A stretch of DNA of 64,000 nt, from the NCBI GenBank assembly GCA_045588245.1, contig JAZNDW010000001.1, positions 204,338 to 268,337 of the forward strand, given 5' to 3'. Shown here piece by piece: positions 21,269 to 31,440 of this stretch (position 1 is its first letter; each line of letters opens with the position of its first letter). The position numbers were made by a program, and so were the translations under genes. Source of the stretch: Eubacteriales bacterium (GTDB taxonomy: Bacteria; Bacillota; Clostridia; Oscillospirales; CAG-272). The notes below the pieces were generated by a model. It ran no database searches. It was not told the DNA's origin and worked only from the letters and a program-made list of their open reading frames with translations.

Positions 21269-21282
21269 GATGAGGCATTAAA

Positions 21283-21978
21283 ATGAACGAAAACGAAACA
21301 ATCACTGATACCAACACAAAAAACGTCACTACAGACATTAACACGAATGATGACGTCACCTACATCACCGAATCTGACGCCGCCACTGTTGAAGCTCTTC
21401 CTGCTGTAAAAAACGAAAAATCAACCAAAACGTACGATATGGCGCTTTCATTTTATGAGCTTGCCGAAACCGTTGTTATAGCTACGGCGGCAATAATCAT
21501 TCTTTTCACTTTTTTTGTAAAAATGACTATCGTTGACGGTAACTCCATGTATCCGTCACTCAAAAATAAAGAAGTTCTCATCGCTTCGGACGTATTTTAT
21601 GAACCGCAATACGGCGACATCGTCGTTTTGCAGAAGATCAACTCAGGATGGCCGACACCTATCGTCAAGCGCGTTATTGCAACCGAAGGACAGGTCATTG
21701 ACATTGATTTTGAAACGTGGACCGTCACCGTTGACGGTGTCGAACTCGACGAAAGTGAATATCGATATCTGGCTAAAGACGCAGTTGTGACTTCCAATCA
21801 ATCATATCCGCTGACGGTGCCCGAAGGACACATCTTCGTCATGGGCGATAACCGCAATCACTCCTCCGACAGCCGTGACTTACGCATCGGACTTATTGAT
21901 ACGCGTTGTGTTTTCGGACGTGTGCTCGTTCGCATACTGCCTTTCTCCGAATTCACAGCTTTTGGGAGGTTTTCTTAA
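21283..21978 (+). CDS. lepB: signal peptidase I (copy 2, with a T/N/D-rich N-terminal extension of about 50 aa)
   Basis: GNSM, KRVIA and GDNRNHSSDSR are present, with a TM helix (VVIATAAIIILFTFFV). It is a tandem paralog of copy 1. Confidence 0.85.
   Translation: MNENETITDTNTKNVTTDINTNDDVTYITESDAATVEALPAVKNEKSTKTYDMALSFYELAETVVIATAAIIILFTFFVKMTIVDGNSMYPSLKNKEVLIASDVFYEPQYGDIVVLQKINSGWPTPIVKRVIATEGQVIDIDFETWTVTVDGVELDESEYRYLAKDAVVTSNQSYPLTVPEGHIFVMGDNRNHSSDSRDLRIGLIDTRCVFGRVLVRILPFSEFTAFGRFS
21685..21738 (+). repeat. near-identical tract shared by the two lepB paralogs (copy 2)
   Basis: GAAGGACAGGTCATTGACATTGATTTTGAAACGTGGACCGTCACCGTTGACGGT matches 20969-21022 at 52/54 nt. Confidence 0.9.
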
Positions 21979-21981
21979 ACA

Positions 21982-22893
21982 ATGGCAAACAAAGTAACCG
22001 AAAAAGGGTTTGACCAATCAAACATAAACTGGTTCCCCGGTCACATGGCGAAAACTCGCCGTTTGATCAGCGAAAGCTTGAAGCTCGTTGACGCCGTTAT
22101 AGAAGTGCTCGACGCGCGAGTTCCGATCTCATCGCGTAATCCCGAGATAATCAAGCTGCTTGAAGGCAAGCCCACCTTAACTATTCTCAACAAAGCATCC
22201 CTTGCTGACCCCGAAGCCAGCCGCCGCTGGCTTCAGTATTTCCGCGAAAAAGGGCAAACGGTACCTCTGCTTGTGGATTGCTCCACGGGAGAGGGACTTT
22301 CCTCCATCGCACCCGCGCTGAACGAGCTTTTAGCCGAAAAAATAGCTCACTGGCATGAGCGCGGTATGGTTGGCAGACACGTCAAGGCTATGATCGTCGG
22401 CGTTCCGAACGTCGGCAAATCCACCCTTATAAACAGACTTTCCGCAGAAAAGAAAGCGAAGGCTGAAAACCGTCCCGGCGTCACTCGCCGCGGTCAATGG
22501 GTTGTCACAAAATCGGGCTTCAATCTTTACGACACTCCCGGTGTCCTCTGGCCGAAGTTTGACGATAAGATCATCGGTCAGAATCTTGCGTTCACCGGCG
22601 CGATCAAAGAAGAGATACTTGACATTGAAGAGCTTGCGTCCCAACTGACAGGGCGTTTGCGTCACGCCTATCCTGCGCTTCTTTCCGAACGCTATAAGCT
22701 TGGAGACATGTATCAATATGACGAGCTGACAGACTATGAGCTTCTTCTGGAGATAGGCCGCCGCCGCGGCTTCCTTATTTCGGGCGGTGAGGTCAACTCC
22801 GAGCGTGCATCGTCAACGTTGCTTGATGAATTCCGCGCAGCAAAGATCGGCAGAATGACGCTTGAACTGCCCGACAATCAAAATTATGACTGA
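21982..22893 (+). CDS. rbgA: ribosome biogenesis GTPase A (YlqF/RbgA)
   Basis: The GTPase is circularly permuted: DARVPISSRNP and LNKASL precede GVPNVGKST and DTPG. The position after lepB and before rnhB is conserved. Confidence 0.92.
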   Translation: MANKVTEKGFDQSNINWFPGHMAKTRRLISESLKLVDAVIEVLDARVPISSRNPEIIKLLEGKPTLTILNKASLADPEASRRWLQYFREKGQTVPLLVDCSTGEGLSSIAPALNELLAEKIAHWHERGMVGRHVKAMIVGVPNVGKSTLINRLSAEKKAKAENRPGVTRRGQWVVTKSGFNLYDTPGVLWPKFDDKIIGQNLAFTGAIKEEILDIEELASQLTGRLRHAYPALLSERYKLGDMYQYDELTDYELLLEIGRRRGFLISGGEVNSERASSTLLDEFRAAKIGRMTLELPDNQNYD

Positions 22894-22898
22894 CGACT

Positions 22899-23507
22899 AT
22901 GCTTTTATATACGATTGAAAACGAATACCGCGAACGCGGTTATGAAATAATTGCAGGTACGGACGAGGCAGGACGCGGCTGTCTTGCAGGTCCCGTCGTT
23001 GCCGCTGCCTGTATTTTGCCCGAAGGATTCATAATAGAAGGGCTCAACGATTCAAAAAAGCTCACAGCAAAAAAGCGCGAAGCGCTTTACGACATTATCA
23101 CAGCGAACGCCGTTTCATACGCGATCGCGGAAGCGTCAGTTGAGGAGATAGACTCCTATAACATATTAAACGCCGCACAGCTTGCAATGCGCCGCGCGGT
23201 AGCCGAGCTTTCCCCCGCCCCGTCGCTCGTCCTCGTGGACGGAAACATAGCTCGCGATTTTACGACGCCGACCGTCACCGTCGTTCACGGTGACTCCATT
23301 TCGCCGTCTATTGCCGCAGCGTCTATACTCGCAAAAGTATACCGCGACAGACTGCTCATCGAAATGGACAAGCAATATCCCGAATACGGCTTTGCGAAAA
23401 ACAAATCCTATTCGACGCGAGAGCACATGGATGCGCTCCGCAAATATGGTCCTGCGGACTGCCACAGACGCACGTTTTTGTCTTTTTTGGACCGCGAGAA
23501 AAAATGA
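22899..23507 (+). CDS. rnhB: ribonuclease HII
   Basis: GTDEAGRGCLAGPVV and DSKKLT motifs are present. Confidence 0.93.
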   Translation: MLLYTIENEYRERGYEIIAGTDEAGRGCLAGPVVAAACILPEGFIIEGLNDSKKLTAKKREALYDIITANAVSYAIAEASVEEIDSYNILNAAQLAMRRAVAELSPAPSLVLVDGNIARDFTTPTVTVVHGDSISPSIAAASILAKVYRDRLLIEMDKQYPEYGFAKNKSYSTREHMDALRKYGPADCHRRTFLSFLDREKK

Positions 23508-23917
23508 AAGACGATAAGAGAACGACTAAAGACACGGGAAACATCGGAGAGGACATTGCCGTCAGCTTTTTGGAATCGTACCGTTACAGCATCATCTCGC
23601 GGAATTATTACGCGAGTCACGCCGAGATTGACATAATCGCGCTTTCGCCCGACGGCGACGTCGTCGTTTTCTGTGAGGTAAAAACGCGCACGCAAACGGT
23701 TGCGGAAAAATACGGAAGACCCGCTGCCGCCGTCGGCACGGCAAAACAGAAGAACCTCATATATGCGGCAAACGCATACATGAAAAAGCATCCCGAGATC
23801 TGCACTGACCGTCGGGTGCGAATAGACGTAATTGAGGTATACCTTGTGAAGAAAGGACTGCCGAAAGTACATCACATTCAAAACGCCGTTATGTCCCGTC
23901 GGGGATATAACAATTAA
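23504..23917 (+). CDS. yraN: YraN-family (UPF0102) endonuclease-like protein
   Basis: GEDIAVSFLE...GY.I..RNY....EIDIIA...VVFCEVKTR is present. The ATGA overlaps the rnhB stop. Confidence 0.88.
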   Translation: MKDDKRTTKDTGNIGEDIAVSFLESYRYSIISRNYYASHAEIDIIALSPDGDVVVFCEVKTRTQTVAEKYGRPAAAVGTAKQKNLIYAANAYMKKHPEICTDRRVRIDVIEVYLVKKGLPKVHHIQNAVMSRRGYNN

Positions 23918-23941
23918 CCTATATCTATATCGGAGCACATT

Positions 23942-25414
23942 ATGAAATACGTTTCCACACGCGACACGAATACGATCAAAAACCGAATTTCCGCATCGGA
24001 AGCGATCTGCCGCGGACTTGCTGACGACGGCGGACTTTACGTCCCCGAAACACTCCCCACAATTGACAGAGGCTATATCGAAAAGCTTTCGGGGATGAGC
24101 TACGTTGATCGCGCCGCGAATGTTTTATCGCTTTTCTTTGAAGAATTCACTCTTGACGAGCTTCAAAAGATGTGTGCATTATCATATTCATCGACATCTT
24201 TTCCGGACGGTGCCGCACCCGTTTGCGGCGTCTACGGCAATATGTACACCCTTGAGCTTTGGCACGGTCCGACCTGCGCATTCAAAGACATGGCGCTTCA
24301 GCTTATGCCGCGTCTTTTCACAGCATGCCTCCACAAGACGGGCGAGCAGCGCCGCGCGCTCATTCTCGTTGCTACGTCGGGCGATACGGGTAAAGCCGCA
24401 CTTGAAGGCTACCGTGACGTAGACGGCGTTTCCATCACCGTCTTCTACCCCGAAACGGGCGTCAGCCGCATTCAGAAGCTTCAGATGATGACACAGGAGG
24501 GCGAAAACGTCTCCGTTTGCGCCATCCGCGGTAATTTTGACGATGCTCAGAATGGCGTGAAGCGTATCTTCTCTGATGAAGACATCCGCGCACGCCTTGA
24601 CAAAAACGGTGTCTTCCTTTCAAGCGCAAATTCGATCAACTGGGGACGTTTGGCTCCGCAGATCGTTTATTATATTTCCGCTTACTGCGATCTATATAAA
24701 GCAGGCAAGATCAAGCTCGGCGACAAGATCAACGTTACCGTGCCTACGGGCAACTTCGGCAACATTCTGGCCACTTACATCGCAAAGCGTATGGGACTTC
24801 CCATTGACAAGCTCGTTTGCGCGTCGAACGCAAACAACGTGCTCACCGATTTTCTCACAACGGGTACCTACGACCGCAACCGCAGCTTTTATGTAACGAT
24901 GTCGCCGTCGATGGACATCCTCATTTCCAGCAATCTTGAGCGTCTTCTTTATTACACCGCAGGTGCTGTAGAAACGGCGGACTACATGACATCTCTCCGT
25001 GAAACGGGCAAATACACCGTAAAAGAGGCGACGCTCTACACGATTAAAGCTGATTTTGCGGGACTTTATACTGACGAGGCAACGACTTCCGACACCGTCA
25101 AGCGTATTTACAACGAGCACGGATACCTTTCCGACACGCACACCGCCGTTGCGATAAACGCCGCGGAGCGTTATATGGCAAACGATACCAAACCCATGGT
25201 CGTTTGCAGCACGGCAAGCCCTTATAAATTTGCCGCCGACGTTTATAACGCTGTCTCGGGCTCCACTTCCGCTGATTCTGTATCGGCGCTGTCGGATCTT
25301 TCCGATTACACGAAGACAGATATTCCCGCGCCGCTGCAGAAAACTCTCACCTTGCCTGTCCGCTTCGACCGAACGATCGAAGTTGACGAAATGGACGGCG
25401 AGCTGCCCATTTGA
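23942..25414 (+). CDS. thrC: threonine synthase (long form)
   Basis: YVSTR at the N-terminus and the PLP-lysine context (GPTCAFKDMALQ) are present. The product is 490 aa. Confidence 0.92.
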   Translation: MKYVSTRDTNTIKNRISASEAICRGLADDGGLYVPETLPTIDRGYIEKLSGMSYVDRAANVLSLFFEEFTLDELQKMCALSYSSTSFPDGAAPVCGVYGNMYTLELWHGPTCAFKDMALQLMPRLFTACLHKTGEQRRALILVATSGDTGKAALEGYRDVDGVSITVFYPETGVSRIQKLQMMTQEGENVSVCAIRGNFDDAQNGVKRIFSDEDIRARLDKNGVFLSSANSINWGRLAPQIVYYISAYCDLYKAGKIKLGDKINVTVPTGNFGNILATYIAKRMGLPIDKLVCASNANNVLTDFLTTGTYDRNRSFYVTMSPSMDILISSNLERLLYYTAGAVETADYMTSLRETGKYTVKEATLYTIKADFAGLYTDEATTSDTVKRIYNEHGYLSDTHTAVAINAAERYMANDTKPMVVCSTASPYKFAADVYNAVSGSTSADSVSALSDLSDYTKTDIPAPLQKTLTLPVRFDRTIEVDEMDGELPI

Positions 25415-25435
25415 TTTATCATCAATAAATATGGC

Positions 25436-25481
25436 ATCGGAGGAGGAAACCAAACGGTCTTCCCCCTCCGATAGACTTTTT
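25436..25481 (+). terminator. terminator after thrC
   Basis: ATCGGAGGAGGA (25436-25447) pairs with TCCCCCTCCGAT (25461-25472) with one mismatch, followed by AGACTTTTT. Confidence 0.6.
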
Positions 25482-25692
25482 ATCGATATTTTTCTTTGAA
25501 AGTCGCGCAAGCCGTTTCAGCGGAGTTTCTGGCATGTCCCGGGCCGACTCTGATTCTGTCTGCTGTACAGAAATTGTCGCCATCGTGATAAACACAGTTT
25601 TTCACGTCACAGACTATGCCGCGTATATGCTGGGGCGGACGTCCTTCGCCCATGCTTACATTAAAATACTCGTTTGCTCCGAAAATCTCCAT
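25480..25692 (-). CDS. DUF1540-domain small cysteine-rich protein
   Basis: C.V..C.YH......C.A..I.V......A....T.C.TF is the DUF1540 pattern. The start is uncertain; Met at 25692 is chosen, and the ORF extends to 25746. Confidence 0.65.
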   Translation of the reverse strand: MEIFGANEYFNVSMGEGRPPQHIRGIVCDVKNCVYHDGDNFCTADRIRVGPGHARNSAETACATFKEKYR

Positions 25693-25878
25693 TTGTACCA
25701 CCGTACCTTTCTCGTTTTTGCGGCGCTCACACTCGCGCAAAAGCACGCCTGCCGCAGATCGATTAACTTTGCGTCGGTTATATTTTTGTCAGCGATGCGT
25801 TGACTTATTCAATTATTTTTTTAGTTTTTTACGTTTTTTTACCAAAAATTTATCATTAATGATTGGAGGTAATAACCG

Positions 25879-26601
25879 GTGTCAGTTTTTGCAATATCTG
25901 ACCTGCATTTGCCTGCGGGGTCATCTGCAAATAAATCAATGGCTGTTTTCGGCTCACGTTGGCAAAATCACGTCGAACGGATCGAGCGCGCTTGGCGCGC
26001 CGTTGTCAGCGAAGCTGACACGGTCGTTATTCCCGGCGACGTTTCGTGGGCAATGACGCTTGACGAAGCGATCGAAGATCTGCATTTTATTAACTCCCTT
26101 CCGGGCAAAAAGATCCTCGGAAAAGGCAATCACGATTTTTGGTGGACGTCCCTATCCAAAATGCGCTCGTCACTCTGTGACCACGGCATTGACTCGATCG
26201 ATTTTTTGCAGAATGACGCTTATCTATCCGACGGACTTGCGATTTGCGGTACGCGAGGTTGGTTTGCTGACAGAGCATCGCAAGCCGACGTTTTTACAGC
26301 AGACTTTGATAAGCTTGCCGCACGCGAAGCGATACGTCTTGATTTGAGCATAAGCGCCGCCTTGTCGCTTTGCCGCGGCGACTACAGGTGTGTCCGCGTT
26401 TTCGTCCATTTCCCTATAGTCTATGGCGGTGACGTCTGCGAAGAGATGCTTGACGTCTTAAAAAAGCATAACGTCTCAGAGGTATATTTCGGGCACATTC
26501 ATTCACCGTCCGCCTCGACCGCTGTTTTTACCCACGACGGTATAAATTTCAAATTGATTTCAGCGGATGCACTCGGATTCTCGCCAACACCGATAAAATA
26601 G
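25879..26601 (+). CDS. calcineurin-like metallophosphoesterase
   Basis: The motifs ISDLHL, IPGDVSW, GKGNHDFW and GHIH are present. The GTG start is 9 nt after GGAGG. Confidence 0.8.
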   Translation: MSVFAISDLHLPAGSSANKSMAVFGSRWQNHVERIERAWRAVVSEADTVVIPGDVSWAMTLDEAIEDLHFINSLPGKKILGKGNHDFWWTSLSKMRSSLCDHGIDSIDFLQNDAYLSDGLAICGTRGWFADRASQADVFTADFDKLAAREAIRLDLSISAALSLCRGDYRCVRVFVHFPIVYGGDVCEEMLDVLKKHNVSEVYFGHIHSPSASTAVFTHDGINFKLISADALGFSPTPIK

Positions 26602-26664
26602 TGAATTTGCTGTATTTATTTATATTTTTTCGCATTTTTCGACGCGTAAACTCTCATGTAAATG

Positions 26665-26693
26665 TTGACAAGACATAAAAATAGTAGTACAAT
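26665..26693 (+). promoter_or_regulatory. sigma-70-type promoter of tig
   Basis: TTGACA (26665-26670), a 17-nt spacer, then TACAAT (26688-26693). Confidence 0.65.
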
Positions 26694-26738
26694 TAAATGG
26701 TTAATGTTCACAGCATAATTATGGAGGACTAATATATA

Positions 26739-28055
26739 ATGGAACTTATCAAAAACGAACGCATTACATCGAATCAGCAGGAGCTTAACATAAAGATCGA
26801 CTCCGCTACGTTCGAAGCAGCGTGCACAAAGATTTATCGCCGCGACGCAGGCAAGATCAACGTACCCGGTTTCCGCCGCGGTAAGGCTCCCCGCGCCATC
26901 ATCGAAAAGATGTACGGCAAGGGCGTATTCTATGAAGATGCTATCAATGATCTCATCCCCGAAAACTACGAAGCCGCTATCAAGGAAGCAGGCATCGAAC
27001 CCATTGGTCAGCCCGAATTTGACGTTATCTCCATTGATGATGACGGTCTCGTTCTCAAGGCTGTCGTATACGTAATGCCCGAAGTTAAGATCGAAGGCTA
27101 CCGCGGAATCGCCGCTACCAAGACGGCTTTCACCGTTACCGAAGAAGAAGTTGACCACGAGATCGAACACGCTCGCGAGCACAACGCACGCGAAGTTGAG
27201 ATCACCGACCGTCCTGCACAAATGGGCGACATCGCTAACATCGATTACGAAGGCTTCGCTGACGGCGTTGCATTCGAAGGCGGCAAAGACGAAGGTCACG
27301 ACCTTGAGCTCGGATCCGGCTCCTTTATTCCCGGATTTGAAGAGCAGATCGCAGGTCACACAATAGGTGAAGAATTCGACGTTAACGTAACATTCCCCAC
27401 CGAGTACCACGCAGAATCTCTCGCAGGCAAGGCTGTCGTTTTCAAGTGCAAGCTTAACGCTATCAAGACTGAAGAACTCCCCGAGCTCGATGACGAGTTC
27501 GTTAAGGATGTTTCCGAATTCGACACACTCGACGAATATAAGGCTGACATCAAGGAAAAGATCGAAGCTCGTAAGGCTAAGAACGCTGATGCCGAAGTTG
27601 AAGAACAGCTCATCAACTACCTCGTTGAAAATCTCGAATGCGACGTTCCCCAGCCCCTTTACGATGCAGAAGCTGAAAACATCGTTCGTGACTACGACAT
27701 GAGACTCCGCAGCCAGGGACTTGACCTCGCTACTTACATGAAGTACACAGGTCAGACTCTCGATGCTCTCCGCGAGCAGATGAAGCCCGCAGCAGAACGT
27801 CAGGTTAAGACACGCCTTGCTCTTCAGAAGATCGCCGAAGTTGAAAACATCGAAGTATCCGACGATGAGGTTGAAGCTGAATTCGCTCGCATGGCTGAAA
27901 TGTATCAGATGGAAGCCGAAAAAATCAAGGAAGTTATCGCCGCTGAAGACGTAAAGGGTGACCTTAAGCTCAAGGCTGCTGTTGAACTTCTCAAGGCTAA
28001 CGCCGTTATCACAGAAAAGGCTCCCGAAGAAAACATAGCTGAGGACGCTGAATAA
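26739..28055 (+). CDS. tig: trigger factor
   Basis: The ribosome-binding motif GFRRGKAP, a central FKBP-type PPIase and an acidic C-terminus are present. It lies upstream of clpP-clpX. Confidence 0.95.
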   Translation: MELIKNERITSNQQELNIKIDSATFEAACTKIYRRDAGKINVPGFRRGKAPRAIIEKMYGKGVFYEDAINDLIPENYEAAIKEAGIEPIGQPEFDVISIDDDGLVLKAVVYVMPEVKIEGYRGIAATKTAFTVTEEEVDHEIEHAREHNAREVEITDRPAQMGDIANIDYEGFADGVAFEGGKDEGHDLELGSGSFIPGFEEQIAGHTIGEEFDVNVTFPTEYHAESLAGKAVVFKCKLNAIKTEELPELDDEFVKDVSEFDTLDEYKADIKEKIEARKAKNADAEVEEQLINYLVENLECDVPQPLYDAEAENIVRDYDMRLRSQGLDLATYMKYTGQTLDALREQMKPAAERQVKTRLALQKIAEVENIEVSDDEVEAEFARMAEMYQMEAEKIKEVIAAEDVKGDLKLKAAVELLKANAVITEKAPEENIAEDAE

Positions 28056-28072
28056 TTTCATTTTTTACAAAA

Positions 28073-28112
28073 AGTGACCGCCGTTATTTTAGCGGCGGTC
28101 ACTTTGAACTTT
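28073..28112 (+). terminator. terminator after tig
   Basis: GTGACCGCCG (28073-28082) pairs with CGGCGGTCAC (28092-28101), followed by TTTGAACTTTTC. Confidence 0.75.
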
Positions 28113-28142
28113 TCTTTATTTGACAAATATTATGTCCACTTT

Positions 28143-28151
28143 GTGGTATAT
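28143..28151 (+). promoter_or_regulatory. extended -10 element upstream of clpP
   Basis: TGgTATATA is present. The nearest TTGACA (28119-28124) is 21 nt away, too far for a canonical spacer. Confidence 0.35.
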
Positions 28152-28228
28152 AATAGTGTTAACCGTTTTTGAGGTTTCAGCCTCGCAACTTTATTTTTAA
28201 CCGCCCTATGGCGGAGATGGAGGTTTTT

Positions 28229-28813
28229 ATGCCGCTTGTTCCTACTGTTATTGAACAGACCAACAGAGGCGAACGCGCCTACGATATTTATTCGCGTCTT
28301 TTGAACGACCGAATCGTTTTCCTTGCAGACGAGGTAAACGATGTCACAGCTTCCCTCGTCGTTGCCCAGCTTCTCTTCCTTGAAGCGCAGGACCCCGACA
28401 AGGATATTTCCCTTTACATCAATTCTCCCGGCGGATCCGTTTCCGCAGGCTTTGCCATTTACGACACGATGAACTTCATCAAGTGCGACGTTTCCACGAT
28501 CTGCATCGGTATGGCTGCAAGCATGGGTGCGTTCCTGCTTTCGGCAGGTGCGAAAGGCAAGCGCATCGCGCTTCCCAATTCGGAGATCATGATCCATCAG
28601 CCGCTTGGCGGCATGCAGGGTCAGGCATCCGACATAAAGATCCACGCCGACCACATTCTCCGCACGCGTGAGCGCCTTAACACGATCCTTGCAAAGAACA
28701 CGGGCAAGTCCTACGAAGAGATCGCACTTGCAACGGAACGCGATAATTTCCTCTCTGCCGAAGAAGCAAAAGAGTTCGGTCTTATCGACAAGGTTTTCGA
28801 CCGCCGCATTTAA
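28229..28813 (+). CDS. clpP: ATP-dependent Clp protease proteolytic subunit
   Basis: The catalytic Ser context is [11 protein letters not shown] and the His context is MIHQP. The start is moved to ATG 28229 ([11 protein letters not shown]), behind GGAGATGGAGG. Confidence 0.95.
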   Translation: MPLVPTVIEQTNRGERAYDIYSRLLNDRIVFLADEVNDVTASLVVAQLLFLEAQDPDKDISLYINSPGGSVSAGFAIYDTMNFIKCDVSTICIGMAASMGAFLLSAGAKGKRIALPNSEIMIHQPLGGMQGQASDIKIHADHILRTRERLNTILAKNTGKSYEEIALATERDNFLSAEEAKEFGLIDKVFDRRI

Positions 28814-28843
28814 TCAATTCTGACATTTTTATCCGGAGGATCT

Positions 28844-30097
28844 ATGCCTACAGATAACAGCAAAAATACACTGCGCAAGTGCGCCTTCTGCGGACGCAAC
28901 GAGCATCAGGTGATGTATCTCATTCCTTCCCCGACGGGACTTTATATCTGCGACAGCTGCATTGAAGTATGCAACGAAATAATCGACGAGCACATCAATT
29001 CTCATCCTCAGGGCGCAGGACTTTCGCTCCAAACACTTCCCAAGCCTCAGGAAATAAAAGCGACGCTCGACGAGTACGTTATCGGTCAGGATGCAGCAAA
29101 GCGTTCGCTTTCCGTTGCCGTTTACAACCACTATAAGCGTATTCTGCACCGTGAAGCGAAAAAACACAGCGAGGAAGAAGAGCACGTTGATATTCAGAAG
29201 TCAAACGTACTGCTTTTAGGCCCTACCGGTGTCGGCAAAACGTATCTTGCACAGACGCTGGCAAAAACGCTTGAGGTTCCCTTCGCTATTGCAGACGCAA
29301 CGACGCTCACCGAAGCAGGTTACGTCGGCGAGGACGTTGAAAACATTCTGCTTCGCTTGATTCAAGCCGCTGACTTCGACATCGAACGTGCCGAGCACGG
29401 CATCATTTACATCGACGAGCTCGATAAGATCTCCCGTCGAAGCGAAAACCGTTCCATCACACGCGACGTTTCTGGCGAAGGCGTTCAGCAGGCGCTTCTG
29501 AAAATTCTTGAGGGTACGGTTGCAAACGTGCCTCCGCAGGGCGGACGCAAGCATCCTAATCAGGAGTTTATTCAGATCAACACCGAAAATATTCTCTTTA
29601 TCTGCGGCGGGGCGTTTGACGGACTTTCCGACATCATCGAAAAGCGCCGCGGCAATCAGAGCATAGGCTTTGAAAGCGAGATCAAGAGTAAGAAAGAAAA
29701 AAAAGATTGCGGAATCTTCCGCGATGCAACACCGCACGACATCGTTAAGTACGGTCTTATTCCCGAGCTTGTGGGACGAATTCCCGTTATGGTCGCGCTT
29801 GACGACCTCGATGAATCCGCGCTCGTTCGCATTCTCTCCGAGCCGAAGAACTGCCTCATCAAGCAGTACCAAAAGCTCCTCGAATACGACGGCATCGAGC
29901 TTTCTTTTGACGACGATGCGCTTCGCGCCGTCGCCGCGCTAGCTATCGAGCGCAGCATCGGTGCGAGAGGTCTGCGCAGCATTCTCGAATCGGTTATGGA
30001 GCCTATCATGTACGAAGCTCCGTCGCGCACCGACACAAAAAAGGTCACAATTACCGCCGATACGATCAACAAAGTTGGCGATCCGATCTACGAATAA
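28844..30097 (+). CDS. clpX: ATP-dependent Clp protease ATP-binding subunit ClpX
   Basis: It has an N-terminal C4 zinc finger (CAFCG...CDSC), Walker A GPTGVGKT and Walker [10 protein letters not shown]. Confidence 0.96.
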   Translation: MPTDNSKNTLRKCAFCGRNEHQVMYLIPSPTGLYICDSCIEVCNEIIDEHINSHPQGAGLSLQTLPKPQEIKATLDEYVIGQDAAKRSLSVAVYNHYKRILHREAKKHSEEEEHVDIQKSNVLLLGPTGVGKTYLAQTLAKTLEVPFAIADATTLTEAGYVGEDVENILLRLIQAADFDIERAEHGIIYIDELDKISRRSENRSITRDVSGEGVQQALLKILEGTVANVPPQGGRKHPNQEFIQINTENILFICGGAFDGLSDIIEKRRGNQSIGFESEIKSKKEKKDCGIFRDATPHDIVKYGLIPELVGRIPVMVALDDLDESALVRILSEPKNCLIKQYQKLLEYDGIELSFDDDALRAVAALAIERSIGARGLRSILESVMEPIMYEAPSRTDTKKVTITADTINKVGDPIYE

Positions 30098-30104
30098 ATT
30101 ACAG

Positions 30105-30137
30105 CGAGCATCTACCGGGTAGATGCTCGTCATTTTT
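30105..30137 (+). terminator. terminator after clpX
   Basis: CGAGCATCTAC (30105-30115) pairs with GTAGATGCTCG (30119-30129), followed by TCATTTTTATTTT. Confidence 0.8.
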
Positions 30138-31350
30138 ATTTTATATATGTAACGTTTTCGACTGATATAAGCTTTTTTTCCTTGCCGTTTTTGTCAATAC
30201 GGATGACAGCAGACCCGTTTGAAAATACGATATCTGCATTTTCTTCAAAGACGCGGTATGCGGCGACACCAGCACGGATCAGTGTGTCATTTCCGTTTCT
30301 GTCGAGTCGGCGAAGCTCCCAGCTGTGAGGAATTATTCCGGGGTTCTCATCCGCACGTTTCTGATTTTCACGAAGCTCCTTTTCGGCATTAATAAGATTG
30401 CCGTCGATCATTATCTTTTTTTCGTCTCGCTTTTTCACGTCGGAATGTTTTGTCAGGGTTTTGCCTGAAAACATAACGGAAAAAGCGTTGAAGAAGCCGA
30501 ACAAAGCTGTGATCAAACGGACAGGAAGCATCAGTAGATCAAGCAAGCACCCCAAAGCGCCGCTGCCATTATCCTCACGATACGGCTTACGAATATAATA
30601 TAGAGCACCGTCCGAGCTACTGTATGGATGTGTAAAATCGTATTTATCATCAGCAAGGACGTCGTCTACGGTTCCCGCCGAGATATCAAGCACACAAATT
30701 GATGAAGGCCCGCGTGACGACGTTGACGCGGACATATACATATCCGTCATTATCTGTCCGAAACCGCCATGTGTTTCATCGGTGCTTTGCGGTGAGTCAT
30801 TCGCTATCGGCAATCCTGCACACGAATAGTATATTCTGTTGCGGTGTGTTTTTGACCAAACGGGCGACGTATCGCGCGTCGCGCCCTCCGTGTAGATACG
30901 GCAATATGTATCGTCCATGTCGAGAACACCGATGTGGCTTTCGCCCGCAAAGTACGACGAAAGAACCATTCTGTCATTGAGTATGTCGAAATCAACGTAT
31001 GCGCTGTCCGAGCTGCTGATAACGATACCCTCGTTTTCCTCGCCCTCGCGCTTACGGTATATTCCGCACACATTGTCGATATTCATGGAATAAATCACGT
31101 CGCCGTTATGCGTATCCACGCAGTTGACGCATGAGCGTACAGATGAGACAGCGCTTTCAGCGCTTGCGTTCGGGCGGTATGTTTCGGTAAAGCGAGCCCC
31201 GCTTCCGCTGTATTTCCACTCAGTTCGTTTTGCAGAATCCTTTACTTTATTAATATATGATTCCAAAACGCCGGACTTCACCTCATCGGTTTTCCCCGCA
31301 GAATAGCGATACATTTTTCCGTCTGCTATATAAAAAAACGCAAGTGCCAT
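30136..31350 (-). CDS. hypothetical protein with a central hydrophobic segment
   Basis: The start is set at ATG 31350, with GGAGG 6 nt upstream. The sequence is beta-strand-rich (IYYSCAG, ALYYIRKP). A hydrophobic stretch LGCLLDLLMLPVRLITALFGFFNAFSVMF lies near residue 300. I recognise no family motif. Confidence 0.6.
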   Translation of the reverse strand: MALAFFYIADGKMYRYSAGKTDEVKSGVLESYINKVKDSAKRTEWKYSGSGARFTETYRPNASAESAVSSVRSCVNCVDTHNGDVIYSMNIDNVCGIYRKREGEENEGIVISSSDSAYVDFDILNDRMVLSSYFAGESHIGVLDMDDTYCRIYTEGATRDTSPVWSKTHRNRIYYSCAGLPIANDSPQSTDETHGGFGQIMTDMYMSASTSSRGPSSICVLDISAGTVDDVLADDKYDFTHPYSSSDGALYYIRKPYREDNGSGALGCLLDLLMLPVRLITALFGFFNAFSVMFSGKTLTKHSDVKKRDEKKIMIDGNLINAEKELRENQKRADENPGIIPHSWELRRLDRNGNDTLIRAGVAAYRVFEENADIVFSNGSAVIRIDKNGKEKKLISVENVTYIK

Positions 31351-31440
31351 AAACCGCCTCCATGTTTCTTTTAATCTATTATACTTTATTAACACAACCG
31401 TGTCAACAACGGCTAACGTGTCATAAAGTGAAAAAAGCAT

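Noticed and set aside
26616-28061. 481-aa minus-strand ORF
   Set aside because: It is a codon-registered antisense shadow of tig. The sequence is F/V/L/S-rich with no motifs.
28100-28160. Possible CtsR operator upstream of clpP; a CIRCE element near lon was also considered
   Set aside because: Only loosely similar half-sites (GTCAAA ... GTTCAAA) are present, 9 nt apart instead of the 3-nt spacing of the CtsR direct repeat. No TTAGCACTC-N9-GAGTGCTAA-like sequence was seen upstream of clpP, clpX or lon.
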